Shown in pieces: positions 62,257 through 64,000 of a stretch of 64,000 bases of DNA; positions within the stretch are counted from its first letter, which is position 1, and each line of letters opens with the position of its first letter. The notes below the pieces were generated by a model. The model saw only the letters and a program-made list of their open reading frames with translations. It was not told the origin of the DNA and did no database searches. Position numbers and translations under genes: made by a program. The stretch comes from Bacteroidales bacterium. Lineage in GTDB: Bacteria; Bacteroidota; Bacteroidia; Bacteroidales; WCHB1-69. The stretch is taken from the NCBI GenBank assembly GCA_024686335.1, contig JAILCI010000040.1, positions 73,680 to 137,679 on the forward strand, written 5' to 3'.

Positions 62257-62709
62257 CTACTTGTCTACCAGAAAATACCGCTCATCAATCGCAATCCCGT
62301 TATCGACCAGAAAGGCCCTGTACTCCTCAGCAAAGGAGAGTCGCCGATGATGCTCCTTCTGCCTCATGATATAGCCCACAACCATATCCTTGTCACGGAC
62401 ACTGTAACTGAAGCCAGCATACTCATGACCCCAGCCGCGGAAATCAGGGAAATTCGGGTTCATCTTCAGCCACTTGCTGCTGTCGGTCTTCACCCGCTGA
62501 ACGAAAGAGGAAAGAGGCAACGTGGGTGGCAAAGAGACGAAGATGTGGACATGATCCGGCATCCCGCCGATGCGGTAGGTCTGACACCGGAGATTCTTTG
62601 CGATGCCGTAGATGTAAGCGTAGAGCTCCCGCTCGTGCGCCTCGGGGATGGTCTTACCGCTACGGTATGTGCGGAAAACGATGTGGTAGTAGGAGGTAGT
62701 GTAGCTCAT
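62257..62709 (-). mobile_element. tnpA: IS200/IS605-type Y1 HUH transposase TnpA (150 aa), no TnpB
   Basis: YYHIVFRT, LYAYIYGI, IGGMPDHVHIFV (HUH), VKTDSSKW, WGHEYAGFSYS...VVGYIMRQKEHH (catalytic Y and Q). Confidence 0.9.
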
Positions 62710-62782
62710 GAGTAGTTGATAGTTGATAGTTGATAGTGGTCGGTAATCAGTCTGGGGAGCTTCGGTGGTCAGGGAGACCGTG

Positions 62783-63023
62783 CGGCAGCCTGTCACCCCA
62801 CACTGCGCTGCGCGGGAGACTCCTCCGTCGGGCTCCACACTGCACGCAGGGTGTCACGGACGGCAGCCTGCCACCCCACACTGCGAGACTACGTCTCTGG
62901 TGAGGGGTTACTAGGATGGCGTGCCTTCTGCACGCAGGGTGTCACGGACGGCAGCCTGTCACCCCACACTGCGAGACTACGTCTCTGGTGAGGGGTTACT
63001 AGGATGGCGTGCCTTCTGCACGC
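62783..63023 (-). repeat. Inverted array of related 88-bp double-hairpin repeats on the 5' side of tnpA
   Basis: Minus strand GCGTGCAGAAGGCACGC-CATCCTAGTAACCCC-TCACCAGAGACGTAGTCTC-GCAGTGTGGGGT. Two full copies with period 88 and one partial. Confidence 0.9.
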
Positions 63024-63033
63024 GGTTCGGAGG

Positions 63034-63041
63034 CAAAAATA
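63034..63041 (-). promoter_or_regulatory. -7 promoter box (TATTTTTG) facing the repeat array and tnpA
   Basis: TAnnTTTG on the minus strand, 11 bp outside the outermost hairpin. Confidence 0.5.
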
Positions 63042-63467
63042 CAAAATTGAGGAGAGATCGTCAAGTGTTTTGAGGTGTTTTTTTGTTATTATGTGTCAGC
63101 AATATACAATTCGTTATTTATCTTTTTAGGAGTTATTTATTAAATTTATGTAATGAAATTGGATAAAATGGGATAATAGTATGGACTTTTAGGGAAATTT
63201 CGGGAGGGTTTTGGGATGAGATTTTTGAGAAATTTTAAGGAAATTTTGGGTGAATTTTGGGTGAATTTGGGGTGGGTTTTGGGGTGGGTTTTGGGGGTTG
63301 GAGGGCGGGCGGGAAAGGGCCGTTTGGGGCGAAGAGGGATGGGGATATTTTGTTAATAACTTATTATATTTTTAAACAATCAATTGTTGATAAAAAATAT
63401 ATCTTTGCAGTTTGTATCTATGGGTGGCGGGGGTCCGCCGTTAACAATCGTAAGTATTTGGTATCCA

Positions 63468-64000
63468 ATGCACAGCATTAGAAAAAAAGACAAGTTTTTA
63501 ACATTCCGCATCGCCGCGATGGCGGTGCTTATACTGCAGTTTTTCAACGTTGGTGCACAGTCGTATCACGACTGCACACCAGACGGCCATCCCATCTACA
63601 CCTACTGGGGTTTTCCCCAGACCGTCTGCGCCGGCCAGCAGATCAACTTCTCCGTCGGCTACGACGAGACCGTCAACACGATGGTGCTCGCACCCTTCAC
63701 CCCGAAAGTGGATTCCGCCCAGCGCATGTTCATCCCCGACGGTATAGCCTGCGGCGACGAGAACAGCTGTGTCTACCGCTCCCCTATCACCTTTACAGGT
63801 TACACTGGCACCATCTCCAGCGCAGACGACATCAGATACGTATTGCTGAATCTAGAGCACTCTAATGCTGGCGACCTCTATATCGGTCTCGAGTGCCCGA
63901 CAGGACAGATGGCCTCCATCATGAAAGCAGGCAATAACATCACAAACAGTTGTGTATCAGCACTCTCATGGAATGTTCCACAAGGTTGGTCCGTCAACGG
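63468..64000 (+). CDS. Secreted protein, N-terminal part (runs off the window), with a proprotein-convertase P-domain-like motif
   Basis: My translation gives MHSIRKKDKFLTFRIAAMAVLILQFFNVGA-QSYHDC...FIPDG...IRYVLLNLEHSNAGDLYIGLECPTG, open to the window end. TATCTTTG box at 63400-63407. Confidence 0.7.
   Translation, partial: MHSIRKKDKFLTFRIAAMAVLILQFFNVGAQSYHDCTPDGHPIYTYWGFPQTVCAGQQINFSVGYDETVNTMVLAPFTPKVDSAQRMFIPDGIACGDENSCVYRSPITFTGYTGTISSADDIRYVLLNLEHSNAGDLYIGLECPTGQMASIMKAGNNITNSCVSALSWNVPQGWSVN

Noticed and set aside
61672-62350. Short ORFs with repeated peptides in the repeat arrays
   Set aside because: These are translations of non-coding tandem repeats in several frames, with no independent coding signal.
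62710-63460. TnpB/IscB partner for the IS200/IS605 TnpA
   Set aside because: No ORF of suitable size and no RuvC or zinc-finger motifs on either side of tnpA.

Overview
This is a chromosomal window from a Bacteroidales-type anaerobe, judged from TAnnTTTG -7 promoter boxes, signal peptides ending in Gln, a T9SS C-terminal domain and the lpxD-lpxC and dapA context. The first ~33 kb are mostly housekeeping genes (sufB partial, trxB, tRNA-Ala, an Hdr-like Fe-S operon, pepD, a lipid kinase, an M48 peptidase operon, a BatA-domain protein, rlmI, clpC, kdsC, a DjlA-like protein, uvrA, speB, glutathione peroxidase, an M14 carboxypeptidase, dapA, lpxC, lpxD, a GNAT). Two AT-rich inserts interrupt them: a catalytically degenerate IS1595-like gene beside the tRNA, and a RAYT flanked by GTAG REPs. 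Positions 33737-61414 hold one uninterrupted 27.7-kb ORF (~9,225 aa), an SprB/MBG/HYR-repeat surface protein ending in a FISUMP-like domain rather than a T9SS signal, with internal duplications and patchwork GC content. Upstream of it, a ~2-kb intergenic region contains an IS200-type Y1 transposase with no TnpB, bracketed by inward-pointing arrays of double-hairpin repeats in a REPtron-like layout. At least four distinct palindromic repeat families occur in the window. All calls come from reading motifs by eye; no database searches were run.
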